Counted from the stretch's first letter, positions 20,208 through 30,667 are shown. The stretch: DNA of 64,000 nt from Rhodothermales bacterium (GCA_040904565.1 JBBDTI010000064.1:39770-103769); one strand, 5' to 3'. Notes: a model not told the origin generated them from the sequence alone. Translations and numbers: made by a program.

Positions 20208-21227
20208 ATGCATACCACCGGCAAGTCGAACGACGCCACAGACTACCGGTACGCTGTCGGCATCGACCTGGGCGGAACGCGCATCAAGGCAGCCCTCGTC
20301 GAACGCGACAAAGGATCCGTCTACGAAATCGCTCAGGAAACGGAAGCCGAGCACGGTCCTGACCACGTCCTGGATCGTATTGGCGAACTTGTGCGCAAGA
20401 TCGACGCCGAAACCCCCGACCTGCCCCTAAGCGGCATCGGCATCGGTGCACCAGGCGCCATCAACTGGGAACGGACCTCGGTCATCTATCCTCCCAATCT
20501 GCCGGGATGGGAAGTGGTCGACATCAGGCAGGAGCTCTCCGCGCGCCTAAACGACGGCCGGCCGGTGTTCGTAGAGAACGACGCCAACCTGGCCGGCCTC
20601 GGTTCGGCCCACTACGGCATGGGACGACCGTTTCCCTCCTTTATCATGATCACGCTCGGCACCGGCGTGGGCGGCGCCATCATCTACAACAACAAGATCT
20701 TCCGCGGTACGACGGGAGCCGCCGGCGAGATCGGACACGTAACCATCGATTTCGAAGGGAATGTCGACCGCTACGGCATCGCCGGAGCCATCGAGGCATA
20801 CCTCGGTCAAAAATTCCTGTCGCATTACGGCCGCTACAAACTCCTGACCCGCCACGAAAGCAGGGTTCACGAACTGGCCGGCGACGACCTGAAGGATCTT
20901 ACGCCCCTCGTCCTCTACCAGGCTGCGCTCGACGGCGACGAACCGGCCCGCGAGGTGTTGAATTGGGCCGGACACAAGCTCGGCGTCGTCCTTGGATCGG
21001 CGATCAACCTGCTCGATATCCGGAAGGTCGTCGTTGGGGGCGGACTCTCCGCCGCCGGAGATTTCATTTTCGAGGCGGCTCGACGCAGCGTCCGCGAATA
21101 TGCCATTCCGGACCACCGCGACGACATCGAAATCGTCCGAGAAACCCTCGGAAACGAGGCGGGTATGCTCGGTGCAGCCCATCTCGTATTCCAGTCTCTG
21201 GACGAAATGGACCCGGCAACGCTCTAG
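20208..21227 (+). CDS. ROK family glucokinase / sugar kinase
   Basis: From the ATG at 20208: ...YRYAVGIDLGGTRIKAAL..., GIGAPGAINW, ENDANLAGLG, GTGVGGAII, AGEIGH. The ORF-track start at 20040 overlaps the ftsB-like gene and is not protein-like. Confidence 0.85.
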   Translation: MHTTGKSNDATDYRYAVGIDLGGTRIKAALVERDKGSVYEIAQETEAEHGPDHVLDRIGELVRKIDAETPDLPLSGIGIGAPGAINWERTSVIYPPNLPGWEVVDIRQELSARLNDGRPVFVENDANLAGLGSAHYGMGRPFPSFIMITLGTGVGGAIIYNNKIFRGTTGAAGEIGHVTIDFEGNVDRYGIAGAIEAYLGQKFLSHYGRYKLLTRHESRVHELAGDDLKDLTPLVLYQAALDGDEPAREVLNWAGHKLGVVLGSAINLLDIRKVVVGGGLSAAGDFIFEAARRSVREYAIPDHRDDIEIVRETLGNEAGMLGAAHLVFQSLDEMDPATL

Positions 21228-21295
21228 ACGGCACAGCTTTTGCCGTTTATACGTCGAATGCGTTATTCGTCCCATTGCCCCCCGTTAGCTACGCC

Positions 21296-24004
21296 GTGAC
21301 CCGTGGCCGCCGAGCATTTCTTGCCTTCGTACTTTTCCTGACGGGGGTCGTCTCACCCTCGGTGACACCGTCGCTGGCACAGGAAACGGATCAGCCCGGC
21401 GAGCTCCCCAACCCCGTGCGGGCGCCGACCGATACGGTGCGCGTCCAACCCGCCGATACGCCTGAAGGTCAGCCGCCTGCCTCATCCTCCGCGGCCGAGC
21501 TGGATGAACCGGTCCACTTCTCCGCCACGGACTCCCTCGTGATCCAGTTCGGCGACGAGGGGGACGTAGGGAGGCTCTACGGGGACGCACAGGTGTCGTA
21601 CGGGGGAGCCGAACTGACCGCGTATCGGATCGACATCCTCTTCGACATCGACGAGCTCCGAGCCCGCGGCGTGGAAAGCGATACGGGCACGGTCGGGCGG
21701 CCGGCCTTCACGCGGGACGGCGATTCGTTTCAGGGTTCCGAGCTCGCCTTCAACCTGCGCTCCGAGCGGGGGCGCGTCGTTGGCGCACAGACGAGCATGC
21801 AGGACGGATTTATCCGCGCCGACGTCGTGAAGGTCGACCGGGACAGTACCATCTACGTCACCCAGGGCAGCTATACAACCTGCGAATGTATCGAAGATCC
21901 TTCCTATTCGCTCCGTTCGAGGCGGATGAAGATCGTCGATCAGGAATGGATCTACACCGGACCCATCCAGCTCTTCATCTTCAACGTACCGACGCCGCTC
22001 TGGCTTCCTTTCGGCTTCCTACCGGCCCAGGAAGGTAGAAGGAGCGGCCCGCTTCCACCCCAGTACGGAGAGGACGACCGGGGCTTCTATCTACGCGAAT
22101 GGGGCTGGTATCAGGCCATCAACGACTATATGGACGCGCAGATACAGTTCGGTTTGTGGACGCGAGGGAGCTGGCAGATCAACCCGCAGTTCCGCTACGC
22201 CAGGAGATATGCTTATTCGGGACAGGTCAGTCTCGACTACGTCCAGAACCGGAGCGGGGAACGAGGGGACCCCGACTTCTCCGAATTCGGAAGCGGCCGG
22301 CTGCGTTGGAGCCACAATCAGGATCTCACGCCGACGTCACGATTGAACGCCAACGTCGACCTGTCCTCGTCCAGCTACCTGCGCACGTCCTCCGAGCAGT
22401 ACGACGATCGCGTGCGCCAGACCATTCAATCCAGCGCCGGTTATTCCAAGAGCTGGCGCCAGTCCGGCCGCAACCTGTCCGTCAACCTCAGCCATCGCCA
22501 GAACCTCGCCTCTGGCACCGTTAGTGCCCGGCTGCCCAGTTTAAGCTTCCGTCAGAACACGCGTAAGCCCTTCGAACGTGAGAACCGGATCGGCGCCGAG
22601 CGATGGTACGAACGCATCTCGTACGGCTACAGCGCGTCGGTCGACAATAATTACTCGTTCTCCCCGTCCGACACGACCGACATCTCCTGGTACGAGGCGA
22701 TGTTCTCCCCTTCGAAATATCGGCAGGCTACGGGCGCCTCCGAGCCGTTCGAATTTCAAGCTTCGCACCGCCTCAACACCGGCGCCAGCTTTACGGTCAA
22801 TCGCCTGCCGGTCATCGACCGCAACGTTCGCGTAAACCTGAGCCCGAGCGCCAACTATACGGAGGACTGGTTCATCCAGACGGAGCGGCGGGGCCTCGAC
22901 GAAGATTCTTCGCTTGTCGTAGAGCGCGTGCCGGAATTCTTCGCCCTCCGCCAGTTTTCCACGGGTCTGTCGGCCAATTCGACGTTCTACGGCCAGTTTC
23001 CCGTGAGAATCGGCGCCTACGAGGGTCTCCGTCACACCGTACGACCCACGATGAGCTTCAATTACCGCCCCGATTTCTTTTCGGACAGATGGGGGTATAC
23101 GGATACGTACGTCGATGCCGACGGACGCGAACAGCGCTACGCGCTCGTCCGCGGCGTGCAGCGATCCCGGCAGCAGTCCCTCTCCTTCAACATGGATAAC
23201 ATCTTCGAGACAAAACGAGTCGAGGTGGACACCACGGGGCAGCAGACCGATCGCACCGTGCAGCTTCTCAATCTCGGCCTCTCGAGCGGGTACAATTTCG
23301 CGGCCGACTCCCTAGGACTCGACGATCTGCGATTGCGCGCCCGCACGCAGATCGCCAACAAGTTCAACCTCAATGCCTCCGCTTCCCTGTCGCCGTACGC
23401 GCTGAATGCCGATCGCACGCGGGAAATCGACCGTCTGGCCGCAGCGGACGGACTGCTTCGATTTGCCCGTCTGACACAATTTCGCCTCAGCCTGAACACC
23501 TCGTTCCGAAGCGACCGGTCAGGGCCCGAGAGACCGTTCGGAGCCTCCGGTGGGATGACGGGGGGAACCGGCTTACCCGGCCAGGATCCGACGGCCTTCC
23601 AGAACGGCTTCGGGTCGTCTCGCTTCAACACGCCGACCGGTTACGCCGACTTTGCGATCCCGTGGTCCCTCCGACTCGATTTCAGCTACAGCTATTCGAA
23701 ACGCTTTTCGGAATCCACCACCGCGGCCACGCTCAATTCGACGTTCGATTTCAATCTGACGCCGGACTGGAAGGTGCAGGGTAGGTCGGGCTATGACTTC
23801 AGCGCGAGCGAGATCGTCTACACGAGCGTATCGATCATGAAAGACTTCGACTGTTGGGAGATGGCCGTCAACTGGGTCCCGTTCGGCCCCTATCAGTCCT
23901 ACAGTTTCGATATTCACGTGAAGAGCGGCCAGCTTCGCGATCTCCTGCGCCTCCGACAGCCGCGATCGGACGTCGGCGGTCGATTTGGGCGTCTACTCGA
24001 CTAA
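21296..24004 (+). CDS. large outer-membrane protein, putative LPS-assembly protein LptD (Bacteroidota type)
   Basis: The GTG at 21296 gives VTRGRRAFLAFVLFLTGVVSPSVTPSLAQ, a signal peptide. Then come an OstA-like region (LVIQFGDEGDVGRLYGDAQVSYGGAELTAYRIDI) and about 700 aa of beta-barrel-like sequence. The first 263 codons of ORF 20507.. overlap the glucokinase gene and are spurious. Confidence 0.6.
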   Translation: MTRGRRAFLAFVLFLTGVVSPSVTPSLAQETDQPGELPNPVRAPTDTVRVQPADTPEGQPPASSSAAELDEPVHFSATDSLVIQFGDEGDVGRLYGDAQVSYGGAELTAYRIDILFDIDELRARGVESDTGTVGRPAFTRDGDSFQGSELAFNLRSERGRVVGAQTSMQDGFIRADVVKVDRDSTIYVTQGSYTTCECIEDPSYSLRSRRMKIVDQEWIYTGPIQLFIFNVPTPLWLPFGFLPAQEGRRSGPLPPQYGEDDRGFYLREWGWYQAINDYMDAQIQFGLWTRGSWQINPQFRYARRYAYSGQVSLDYVQNRSGERGDPDFSEFGSGRLRWSHNQDLTPTSRLNANVDLSSSSYLRTSSEQYDDRVRQTIQSSAGYSKSWRQSGRNLSVNLSHRQNLASGTVSARLPSLSFRQNTRKPFERENRIGAERWYERISYGYSASVDNNYSFSPSDTTDISWYEAMFSPSKYRQATGASEPFEFQASHRLNTGASFTVNRLPVIDRNVRVNLSPSANYTEDWFIQTERRGLDEDSSLVVERVPEFFALRQFSTGLSANSTFYGQFPVRIGAYEGLRHTVRPTMSFNYRPDFFSDRWGYTDTYVDADGREQRYALVRGVQRSRQQSLSFNMDNIFETKRVEVDTTGQQTDRTVQLLNLGLSSGYNFAADSLGLDDLRLRARTQIANKFNLNASASLSPYALNADRTREIDRLAAADGLLRFARLTQFRLSLNTSFRSDRSGPERPFGASGGMTGGTGLPGQDPTAFQNGFGSSRFNTPTGYADFAIPWSLRLDFSYSYSKRFSESTTAATLNSTFDFNLTPDWKVQGRSGYDFSASEIVYTSVSIMKDFDCWEMAVNWVPFGPYQSYSFDIHVKSGQLRDLLRLRQPRSDVGGRFGRLLD

Positions 24005-24323
24005 AAGGCCTCTCACGAAAGGACGCTCATCGTCAAGTCCGAGCTCGTCAAAATGTACGCCGACCGAATATAACGATTCGGCAACGCCCCCGAGACCGCC
24101 GCGCGCGAAGGAAACTGCCGGTCCGCTCCGCGATATAAGCCGGCAATACGATTACTATCGCCGTTCTGTGCTGTTCGGTGTTTTCCACCCGGGCGGAGAA
24201 GCAGTACGCTGCATCGTTCACACCTTAACGGCAGGCACACACGGTGTTCAATCACCGTGATCGATCCCCGTAATCAACTGGAGCTTTTCGGCGGAATTGT
24301 CCGATTCGAAGGCCCCCAAGCCT

Positions 24324-24647
24324 ATGATTGCACAACGCATACAGGCTCTCCGTCGCCGACTGGACCGACCCCGTAACCGGGATGCGCGGCAAACGACGCG
24401 TGACCTCGCGCTTACCAGGCGCCTCTATACCACGTTCGAGAGCGACCTGGAGCTGGCCGACGTACAGGGCATTCAGTTCTACGTCCAGAACGGCGTCGTG
24501 ACACTCTACGGCACCGTCCGGCACGAGCTGGATCGGGAGATGCTCGTCTCCCTCGTTCGCGACATAGCGGGCGTACAGGGCGTCGTAGCGCACCTGCAGC
24601 TCGTCGAGTCGAGATTTCGGGACGGCACCGGGGTCGAGGCGGACTAG
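24324..24647 (+). CDS. BON domain protein
   Basis: LELADVQGIQFYVQNGVVTLYGTVRHELDREMLVSLVRDIAGVQGVVAHLQL matches the BON fold pattern. I prefer the ATG at 24324; the track start at 24297 is a TTG. Confidence 0.75.
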   Translation: MIAQRIQALRRRLDRPRNRDARQTTRDLALTRRLYTTFESDLELADVQGIQFYVQNGVVTLYGTVRHELDREMLVSLVRDIAGVQGVVAHLQLVESRFRDGTGVEAD

Positions 24648-25081
24648 CACGCTTCACGGACCCATGCATTTTCTACGCGGGTAAAGCCGAGGTGCTCGTA
24701 GTAGCTTGCCGAGATGTCGGAGTCGCGCAACACGAGATCCGTCCCCTCGCACCGGTCCAGCACGGCATTAATCAGCGCCTTCCCGACACCCAACCGCTGC
24801 ACGTCCGGTTCGACCGCCAGATCGCAGAGATAACTAAACAGGACGCCGTCCGTCAGGACGCGCGCGATGCCGACGATGTGGCCCTGGTTCCACGCCGTCA
24901 GGACCAGAGAAGCATTCTCAAACATTTCCCAGATCTCCTCGTGCGCCTTTACGGCGCGAAGCAGCGGAGCGCGACGGTACAGCGTGACGATCCGCGCCGG
25001 GTTCAGCCCCTCGAGCCCTTCTCGAATATCGAGATCCGTAATCTTTCCCTGCTTGCCCGTGTCATGCATAAGACGAGCCAT
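24644..25081 (-). CDS. GNAT family N-acetyltransferase
   Basis: HIVGIARVLTDGVLFSYLCDLAVEPDVQRLGVGKALINAVLDRC is the acetyl-CoA-binding motif A (Q/RxxGxG/A). The 3' end overlaps the BON gene stop by 4 nt (convergent). Confidence 0.8.
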   Translation of the reverse strand: MARLMHDTGKQGKITDLDIREGLEGLNPARIVTLYRRAPLLRAVKAHEEIWEMFENASLVLTAWNQGHIVGIARVLTDGVLFSYLCDLAVEPDVQRLGVGKALINAVLDRCEGTDLVLRDSDISASYYEHLGFTRVENAWVREAC

Positions 25082-25116
25082 CGCGTACGCAAAACTAATT
25101 TAACGACGTTACACAT

Positions 25117-26148
25117 CTATCCGTTCATCCTGGCCGGCCCGTCGACCCGATCGTCGCGGACCCATCGAACCGAAGTAGCCGCCAGTCGAATCCGGTCGAC
25201 GGACGCTTCGCCCGGATCGAGCCAGGCCCGAAGGCTCAACCCATCGACCTCGACCCACCACTCCGCCAATGTACCGAGAAACTGCCGGCTGACGACCTGT
25301 GCCTCGACGCCGTTCGACGACACCTCGAAGTGCTCGGGCCGAACGGCCAGCACGCGCCCGGGCGGAGGGTCCCCTCCGGCAAGACGGGATGCCAACCGTC
25401 GATCGCGGACAATGTTGCTTCCGCCTAGAAATTCGGCTACGTAGGCCGTCTCCGGTTCGCGGTAGAGCTGCTCGGGTGGACCCACCTGGATCAACCGACC
25501 CGCTTTCATCACGGCGATGCGATCCGAAAGTGCCAGAGCTTCCTGCTGGTCGTGCGTCACGTACAGACTCGTCGTGCCGAGCCGATGCTGGAGCACCTTG
25601 AGCTCCCGCCGCGTCTGCTCCCTCAGCGTCACGTCCAGGTTGGACAACGGCTCGTCGAACAGCAGCACGTCCGGCTCCACTGCGACGGCCCGCGCCAGGG
25701 CTACGCGCTGCTGCTGGCCGCCGGACAGCGCCGTGACGGGCCGCTCTACGAGCGCTTCAAGCTCTACGCGCCGCAGGGCTTCTTCCACGCGCCGGCGACG
25801 CGTGGAAGCGTCAACCTTCCGCACGCGGAGCCCGTACGCCACGTTCTCGCCGACCGTCATATTGGGAAACAGCGCATAGCTTTGAAACACCATCGCGGTA
25901 GGTCGCCGCTGCGGATTCATCCCCGTCACGTCACGCCCGGCGATATGAACCGATCCGGCATCCGGCCGCTCGAACCCGCCAACGATCCGCAGGAGCGTCG
26001 TTTTGCCGCAACCGGACGGTCCGAGCAGCGAAAAGAACTCGCCCGGCTGTATCTCGACGGACACGTCGTCTACGGCGACGATCGACCCGAAGCGCTTCGT
26101 AACGCCGTCGAGCGTAACGCCCGCTTCAATCTGGGAAGAGATGCTCAC
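25117..26148 (-). CDS. ABC transporter ATP-binding protein (PotA/CysA/FbpC-like with C-terminal TOBE-like domain)
   Basis: Walker A GPSGCGKTT, signature LSGGQQQRVALARA, Walker B LLFDEPLSNLD. The start is either GTG 26148 or GTG 26220; the latter would overlap sucC by 29 nt. Confidence 0.85.
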   Translation of the reverse strand: MSISSQIEAGVTLDGVTKRFGSIVAVDDVSVEIQPGEFFSLLGPSGCGKTTLLRIVGGFERPDAGSVHIAGRDVTGMNPQRRPTAMVFQSYALFPNMTVGENVAYGLRVRKVDASTRRRRVEEALRRVELEALVERPVTALSGGQQQRVALARAVAVEPDVLLFDEPLSNLDVTLREQTRRELKVLQHRLGTTSLYVTHDQQEALALSDRIAVMKAGRLIQVGPPEQLYREPETAYVAEFLGGSNIVRDRRLASRLAGGDPPPGRVLAVRPEHFEVSSNGVEAQVVSRQFLGTLAEWWVEVDGLSLRAWLDPGEASVDRIRLAATSVRWVRDDRVDGPARMNG

Positions 26149-26191
26149 GGGGAGATGATGCCGCTGGGTGGAAGACCGCCGGTACGAGACG

Positions 26192-27376
26192 TTAGGCTGT
26201 GACGGAAGAGTCGAGCGCACGCGTCACTTTTTCGGCCGCCTCCTTGAGCAGAATGGCGGTCTCGATCTCGAGGCCGCTCTCCTTGAGGATGGCCTGGCCC
26301 TCCTCCGCATTCGTCCCTTGCAGCCGTACGATGAGCGGAACGTCGATGTCTACATTCTTGGCCGCCTGAACGACGCCCGATGCCACACGATCGCACCGAA
26401 CGATGCCCCCGAAGATATTTACCAGGATCGCCTTCACGTTCGGATCCTTCAAAATTAGCCGAAAGCCTGCTTCGACGGTCTCCGCACTGGCCGATCCTCC
26501 CACGTCCAGGAAGTTGGCCGGCTCACCGCCCGCCAGCTTGATGACGTCCATCGTTGCCATCGCCAGTCCCGCGCCATTCACCATGCACCCCACGTTTCCG
26601 TCGAGCCGGATGTAGTTGAGGTTATGCTCGCCGGCCTCAACCTCGAGGGGGTCTTCCTCGTGGATGTCGCGCAGCTCGGCAAGGTCCGCATGCCGATAGA
26701 GTGCATTGTCGTCGAGATTGATCTTGGCATCGACCGCAACCAGGTCGCCGTCCGACGTCTTGACGAGGGGATTGATCTCGGCAAGCGACGCATCCATGCC
26801 CGTATATGCGGCATAGAGCGCGTTGATAAAACGAGCCGCCTGCTTGAGCGTCTTGCCCTCAAAACCGAGGGCGAACGCCAGCGAACGCGCCTGAAACGGC
26901 TGCAGTCCGATCGTCGGATCGATCCACGCCTTCATGATCTTTTCGGGGGTCTCCTCGGCGACCTTCTCGATTTCCACGCCTCCTTCCGTGGAAACCATGA
27001 TGACGTTCATGCTCTTCTGCCGGTCGAGCGTGACCCCGACGTAGTACTCCTGCTCGATGTCTACGGCATCCGCGATGAGCAGGGCACGCACCTTCTGCCC
27101 GTCCGGTCCGGTCTGATGCGTAACCAGGTTCATGCCCAGTATGGCATCCGCCTGCTCCCGCACCTCTTCGACGCTCCGAGCCAGCTTAACGCCACCACCT
27201 TTGCCGCGTCCACCGGCGTGAATCTGGGCCTTTACGACGAACATCGTCGCTCCGTCGGCCTTCATCGCCTCCGCAGCCTCCACGGCCTCCTCTACGGAAC
27301 GAGCGACGCGACCCGGCTGCATGGGTACGTCGAATTGCTCGAGTATGTCTTTGGCCTGATATTCGTGAAGCTTCAT
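26192..27376 (-). CDS. sucC: succinate--CoA ligase (ADP-forming) beta subunit
   Basis: MKLHEYQAKDILEQFDVPMQPG..., ATP-grasp domain, and the C-terminal CoA-ligase region NIFGGIVRCD. I prefer the ATG at 27376. Confidence 0.95.
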   Translation of the reverse strand: MKLHEYQAKDILEQFDVPMQPGRVARSVEEAVEAAEAMKADGATMFVVKAQIHAGGRGKGGGVKLARSVEEVREQADAILGMNLVTHQTGPDGQKVRALLIADAVDIEQEYYVGVTLDRQKSMNVIMVSTEGGVEIEKVAEETPEKIMKAWIDPTIGLQPFQARSLAFALGFEGKTLKQAARFINALYAAYTGMDASLAEINPLVKTSDGDLVAVDAKINLDDNALYRHADLAELRDIHEEDPLEVEAGEHNLNYIRLDGNVGCMVNGAGLAMATMDVIKLAGGEPANFLDVGGSASAETVEAGFRLILKDPNVKAILVNIFGGIVRCDRVASGVVQAAKNVDIDVPLIVRLQGTNAEEGQAILKESGLEIETAILLKEAAEKVTRALDSSVTA

Positions 27377-27612
27377 GCCTGGAGTAATTGACTCATCCAA
27401 TGAACGGAATGCCGGTACACGGGCCCCACACGGCGGTCTACCCCGTATATGCCTGATCGCAGGCCGGCTGCACGTAAAAGTACGGTATGCCTCTTTAAAG
27501 ATTGTACGTATTAAGCCGGGAGAACCCTCGGGGCGATCGTTTTCAGCGTCCGCTCGTAGGTGTTCGCCCGACGGATCATCTTTCAGCAGGTCGTCGTTCC
27601 CGCGACTCCGCC

Positions 27613-28695
27613 ATGAACCGTATCGACCGCCATATCATCTCGCGACTGGTGCTGGGCTTCACGGTCCTGGTAGCCGGACTGATCGTCTTCTTCATCGTGC
27701 TCCACTATGTGGAGTACATCGATGACTTTTTCGACCGGGGTGCCACGATGCGACAGGTGTTCCTGGTGTATTACCCCAGCTACATCCCTGAAATCGTCAA
27801 GCTCACCTCTCCCCTCGCCCTCTTCCTTGCGTGCGTCTATCTCACGGGAAAGCTGGCGCAGAGTCTCCAGATTACGGCGCTGCAGACGACGGGGGTGTCC
27901 CTCTACCGCCTGATGGTTCCCTACCTCATCGTGGGCCTCGCCTTGACGGGTTTCATGTTCTGGTTTAACGGATGGATCGTTCCGGAGACGAACCGTACCG
28001 TACTCGCGTTCGAGCAACAGTACCTGAAAGATGCCTCGCAGGTAGTCGACGTGAACGACATCCACCGGCAGAACCGGCCCGGCACGTTTGTCACGGTGGG
28101 ATACTTCGACCGGCGCTCGAATATCGCGCACCGCGTCTCGATCCAGCAGTTCAACGATGCGAACGAACTACGGCAACGAATCGACGCTCCCACGATGAGT
28201 TGGATCGATTCCCTGTCGACATGGCAGATCCAGAATCCGGTCGTTCGCCGATTCACCGACGACGGCGAACATCGTCGGAGGCTGAGCCGGATCGATACGA
28301 CGCTGGCGATCCTGCCGCGTGATCTGGCCAGAACGGAACGCGACGTCGAGTCGATGACGATTCCTGCTGCCGCGGAGTATATCCGGGACCTCGAGCGGTC
28401 CGGGGCGGGAAACATCGGGCGAACGAAAGTCGCCTACTACGCCAAGTATTCCTATCCGATCGCCAATCTTATCCTCGTGCTGATCGGCATGCCTCTCGCC
28501 GCCGTGCGGCGGCGAGGCGGCCAGGCCGTGCAGGTCGGACTCGGACTCGTCGTCGCCTTTATCTATCTGGCCGTTCAGAAGCTCACGGAGCCCTTCGGCT
28601 ACTCGGGCGTGCTCTCCCCACTCTGGGCCGCCTGGCTTCCGCACCTGCTTTTCTTCCTGGGTGCGTGCGTCCTTATCGTCACGTCCAGGAAGTAG
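27613..28695 (+). CDS. LptF/LptG family permease (YjgP/YjgQ)
   Basis: MNRIDRHIISRLVLGFTVLVAGLIVFFIVLHYVEYIDDFF..., six predicted transmembrane helices, and a central periplasmic beta-jellyroll-like segment. Confidence 0.8.
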   Translation: MNRIDRHIISRLVLGFTVLVAGLIVFFIVLHYVEYIDDFFDRGATMRQVFLVYYPSYIPEIVKLTSPLALFLACVYLTGKLAQSLQITALQTTGVSLYRLMVPYLIVGLALTGFMFWFNGWIVPETNRTVLAFEQQYLKDASQVVDVNDIHRQNRPGTFVTVGYFDRRSNIAHRVSIQQFNDANELRQRIDAPTMSWIDSLSTWQIQNPVVRRFTDDGEHRRRLSRIDTTLAILPRDLARTERDVESMTIPAAAEYIRDLERSGAGNIGRTKVAYYAKYSYPIANLILVLIGMPLAAVRRRGGQAVQVGLGLVVAFIYLAVQKLTEPFGYSGVLSPLWAAWLPHLLFFLGACVLIVTSRK

Positions 28696-28716
28696 CGGCA
28701 GAACGAAGCGGCACCG

Positions 28717-29037
28717 TCACGCTTCGCCGCTCATTCCCCCGAACTGAATCGGCTGACCCGGAGGTGTACGCTCTTCAATATGGCCGTGCGCCGCTTCGTA
28801 TTTCTCGATATTGTCGGCGAGCGCATGCAGCAGCCGTTTCGCGTGCTGCGGCGTAACGATGATGCGGTTCTTGACGCGCGCCTTCGGCACGCCAGGCATC
28901 ACGCGGATGAAGTCCAGTATGAACTCCTCCGGTGAATGCGAGATCATCACCAGATTGGAGTAGACCCCTTCGGCCGTCTCCTCGTCCAGCTCGATGTTGA
29001 GTTGCTGCTGCGCTTGTTGTGGATCAGGTTCCTTCAT
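28717..29037 (-). CDS. DUF3467 domain protein
   Basis: LNIELDEETAEGVYSNLVMISHSPEEFILDFIRVMPGVPKARVKNRIIVTPQHAKRLLHAL is the signature. Its start overlaps the CBS gene stop in an ATGA, suggesting translational coupling. Confidence 0.7.
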   Translation of the reverse strand: MKEPDPQQAQQQLNIELDEETAEGVYSNLVMISHSPEEFILDFIRVMPGVPKARVKNRIIVTPQHAKRLLHALADNIEKYEAAHGHIEERTPPGQPIQFGGMSGEA

Positions 29038-30452
29038 TCGGATGTGCTTTTATGCTTGCTGCCGAGACCGCTCAGCGCCAGTGCGCCGATCAGGTCGCTC
29101 TTTGTGATGATTTCGTAGGTTTCTCCGGATTCAGGCTCTACCAGCACGGCCCCAGCGCCCTGCTCGAGGTAGGCCGACAAGTGTTCGAGGTGTAGCGCCC
29201 GGGGTACGATCGGAAAGGGCTTGCCCATAACCTCTCGAACCGACTGCGAGCGTGCTTCCGGATCCTCGATCAGGCGATTCAGGATGACGCTCTCCGTCAG
29301 GCTTCCGACCACGTCCTCCCCATCAATGACGGGCATCTGAGAGATGCCGCGCTCCGCCATTCTCTTGATGACGTCTCCCAGCGTCTCGTTTGGCGTCGCC
29401 GATAGGACAGGCCCGCCGATCTTCCTCGAGCTGAGTACCTGCTTGACGGTGAGATCCGGCTTGCTCTCCAGAAAACCGTGATTGCGCATCCAGTTGTCGT
29501 TGTACGTCTTGGATAGATACCTGAAGCCGGAGTCCGGCAGCAGGATCACCACCACATCGTCCTCGGTGAGTTCCTCCGCATGACCCTCCATCCACTGCAG
29601 CGCTCCGGCCACAGCCATTCCTGACGACTGTCCGCAAAAGAGCCCCTCCTCCCGAGAAAGGCGCCGCGTCATCTGCATCGCTTCGCGATCCGTCACCCGC
29701 ACGTAGTCGTCGACGAGGTCGAAATCCATGTTTTCCGCGAGGATATCCTCACCGACTCCCTCCGTCAGGTAGGGATAGATCTCATTTTCATCAAACTCCC
29801 GCGTGTGGAAGTACTTGAAATACACCGAACCGTACGGATCGATACCGACGACCCGCACGTCCGGATTCTTCTGCTTCAGAAATTCCGACGTGCCGGAGAT
29901 GGTACCACCCGTACCGGCGCCGGCGAAAAAATGCGTGATGCGTCCATCCGTCTGCTCCCAGAGCTCGGGGCCCGTAGAGCGAACATGCGCCGCCCGGTTC
30001 GCCGGGTTGTCATACTGGTTCAGATAGACCGAATTGGGGATCTCCTCGGATAGGCGACGGGCGACGGAGTAATAGGACTTCGGATCGTCGGCCGCCACGT
30101 TGGTCGGACAGACGATCACTTCCGCCCCCAGACCGCGAAGCACGTCGAGCTTCTCCTGACTCTGCTTGTCCGTCGTCGTGAAAATGCAGCGGTAGCCGCG
30201 CGCGACGGCGGCGATGGCCAGCGCCGCTCCCGTATTGCCGCTCGTCCCTTCGATGATGGTTCCGCCCGGAACCAGCTCGCCGCTCTCCTCCGCTGCTTCG
30301 ATCATGGCAAGACCGATACGGTCTTTCACGGATCCGCCCGGGTTGAAGTACTCCACCTTCGCAAGCACGGTACAGGGCACGCCTTCTACCAGCTTGCTCA
30401 AACGCACGAGGGGTGTATCCCCGATCGTGCTGACGACGTTATCGTGCCACAT
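29034..30452 (-). CDS. cystathionine beta-synthase-like PLP enzyme with tandem C-terminal CBS domains
   Basis: STIGDTPLVRL, NPGGSVKDRIG (PLP lysine motif), GTSGNTGAALA, then two CBS-domain-like repeats (ISQMPVIDGEDVVGSLTE...). I prefer the ATG at 30452 (MWHDNVV). Confidence 0.9.
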   Translation of the reverse strand: MWHDNVVSTIGDTPLVRLSKLVEGVPCTVLAKVEYFNPGGSVKDRIGLAMIEAAEESGELVPGGTIIEGTSGNTGAALAIAAVARGYRCIFTTTDKQSQEKLDVLRGLGAEVIVCPTNVAADDPKSYYSVARRLSEEIPNSVYLNQYDNPANRAAHVRSTGPELWEQTDGRITHFFAGAGTGGTISGTSEFLKQKNPDVRVVGIDPYGSVYFKYFHTREFDENEIYPYLTEGVGEDILAENMDFDLVDDYVRVTDREAMQMTRRLSREEGLFCGQSSGMAVAGALQWMEGHAEELTEDDVVVILLPDSGFRYLSKTYNDNWMRNHGFLESKPDLTVKQVLSSRKIGGPVLSATPNETLGDVIKRMAERGISQMPVIDGEDVVGSLTESVILNRLIEDPEARSQSVREVMGKPFPIVPRALHLEHLSAYLEQGAGAVLVEPESGETYEIITKSDLIGALALSGLGSKHKSTSE

Positions 30453-30667
30453 AGCGTGTCGGCTTGTTCTTGACGACTTCCCTGAACGTACGTCCACCCC
30501 GCCCTTTCGGTCCGCCCCCGGCAAAATCCATTGCGGAAGGCCCGAGCCGTCTTCGCGGACCGGCCTTCAGGACCCTCCCATCCACGAACCGGCTCCTGAA
30601 TTTCTGGCCGGATGTGCGTAGCTTACGCCTGACCTCGTCTTTTGCTCGCCCCAGACATCGCCGTTCC

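Noticed and set aside
20507-21295. N-terminal 263 codons of the 1165-aa ORF 20507-24004.
   Set aside because: This part overlaps the ROK glucokinase gene in another frame and reads as an Arg/Pro-rich string. A signal peptide appears only after the GTG at 21296, so the real LptD-like gene starts there.
24053-24088. Possible fourth, highly degraded copy of the 73-nt element. ATGTACGCCG and GCAACGCC occur with the same 18-nt spacing as in copy B (reverse orientation).
   Set aside because: Only these two short blocks match. The intervening 18 nt (2/18 identical) and the flanks do not align. The match is suggestive, but too weak to call without a statistical search.
30453-30667. Looked for a SAM/SAH-type riboswitch in the leader of the cystathionine beta-synthase gene. 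Found a 7-bp perfect palindromic hairpin GAAGGCC...GGCCTTC (30536-30568).
   Set aside because: I could not match any riboswitch consensus core by eye. The region is also a shared divergent promoter with the histidine kinase gene. A cmscan against Rfam would be needed before any call.
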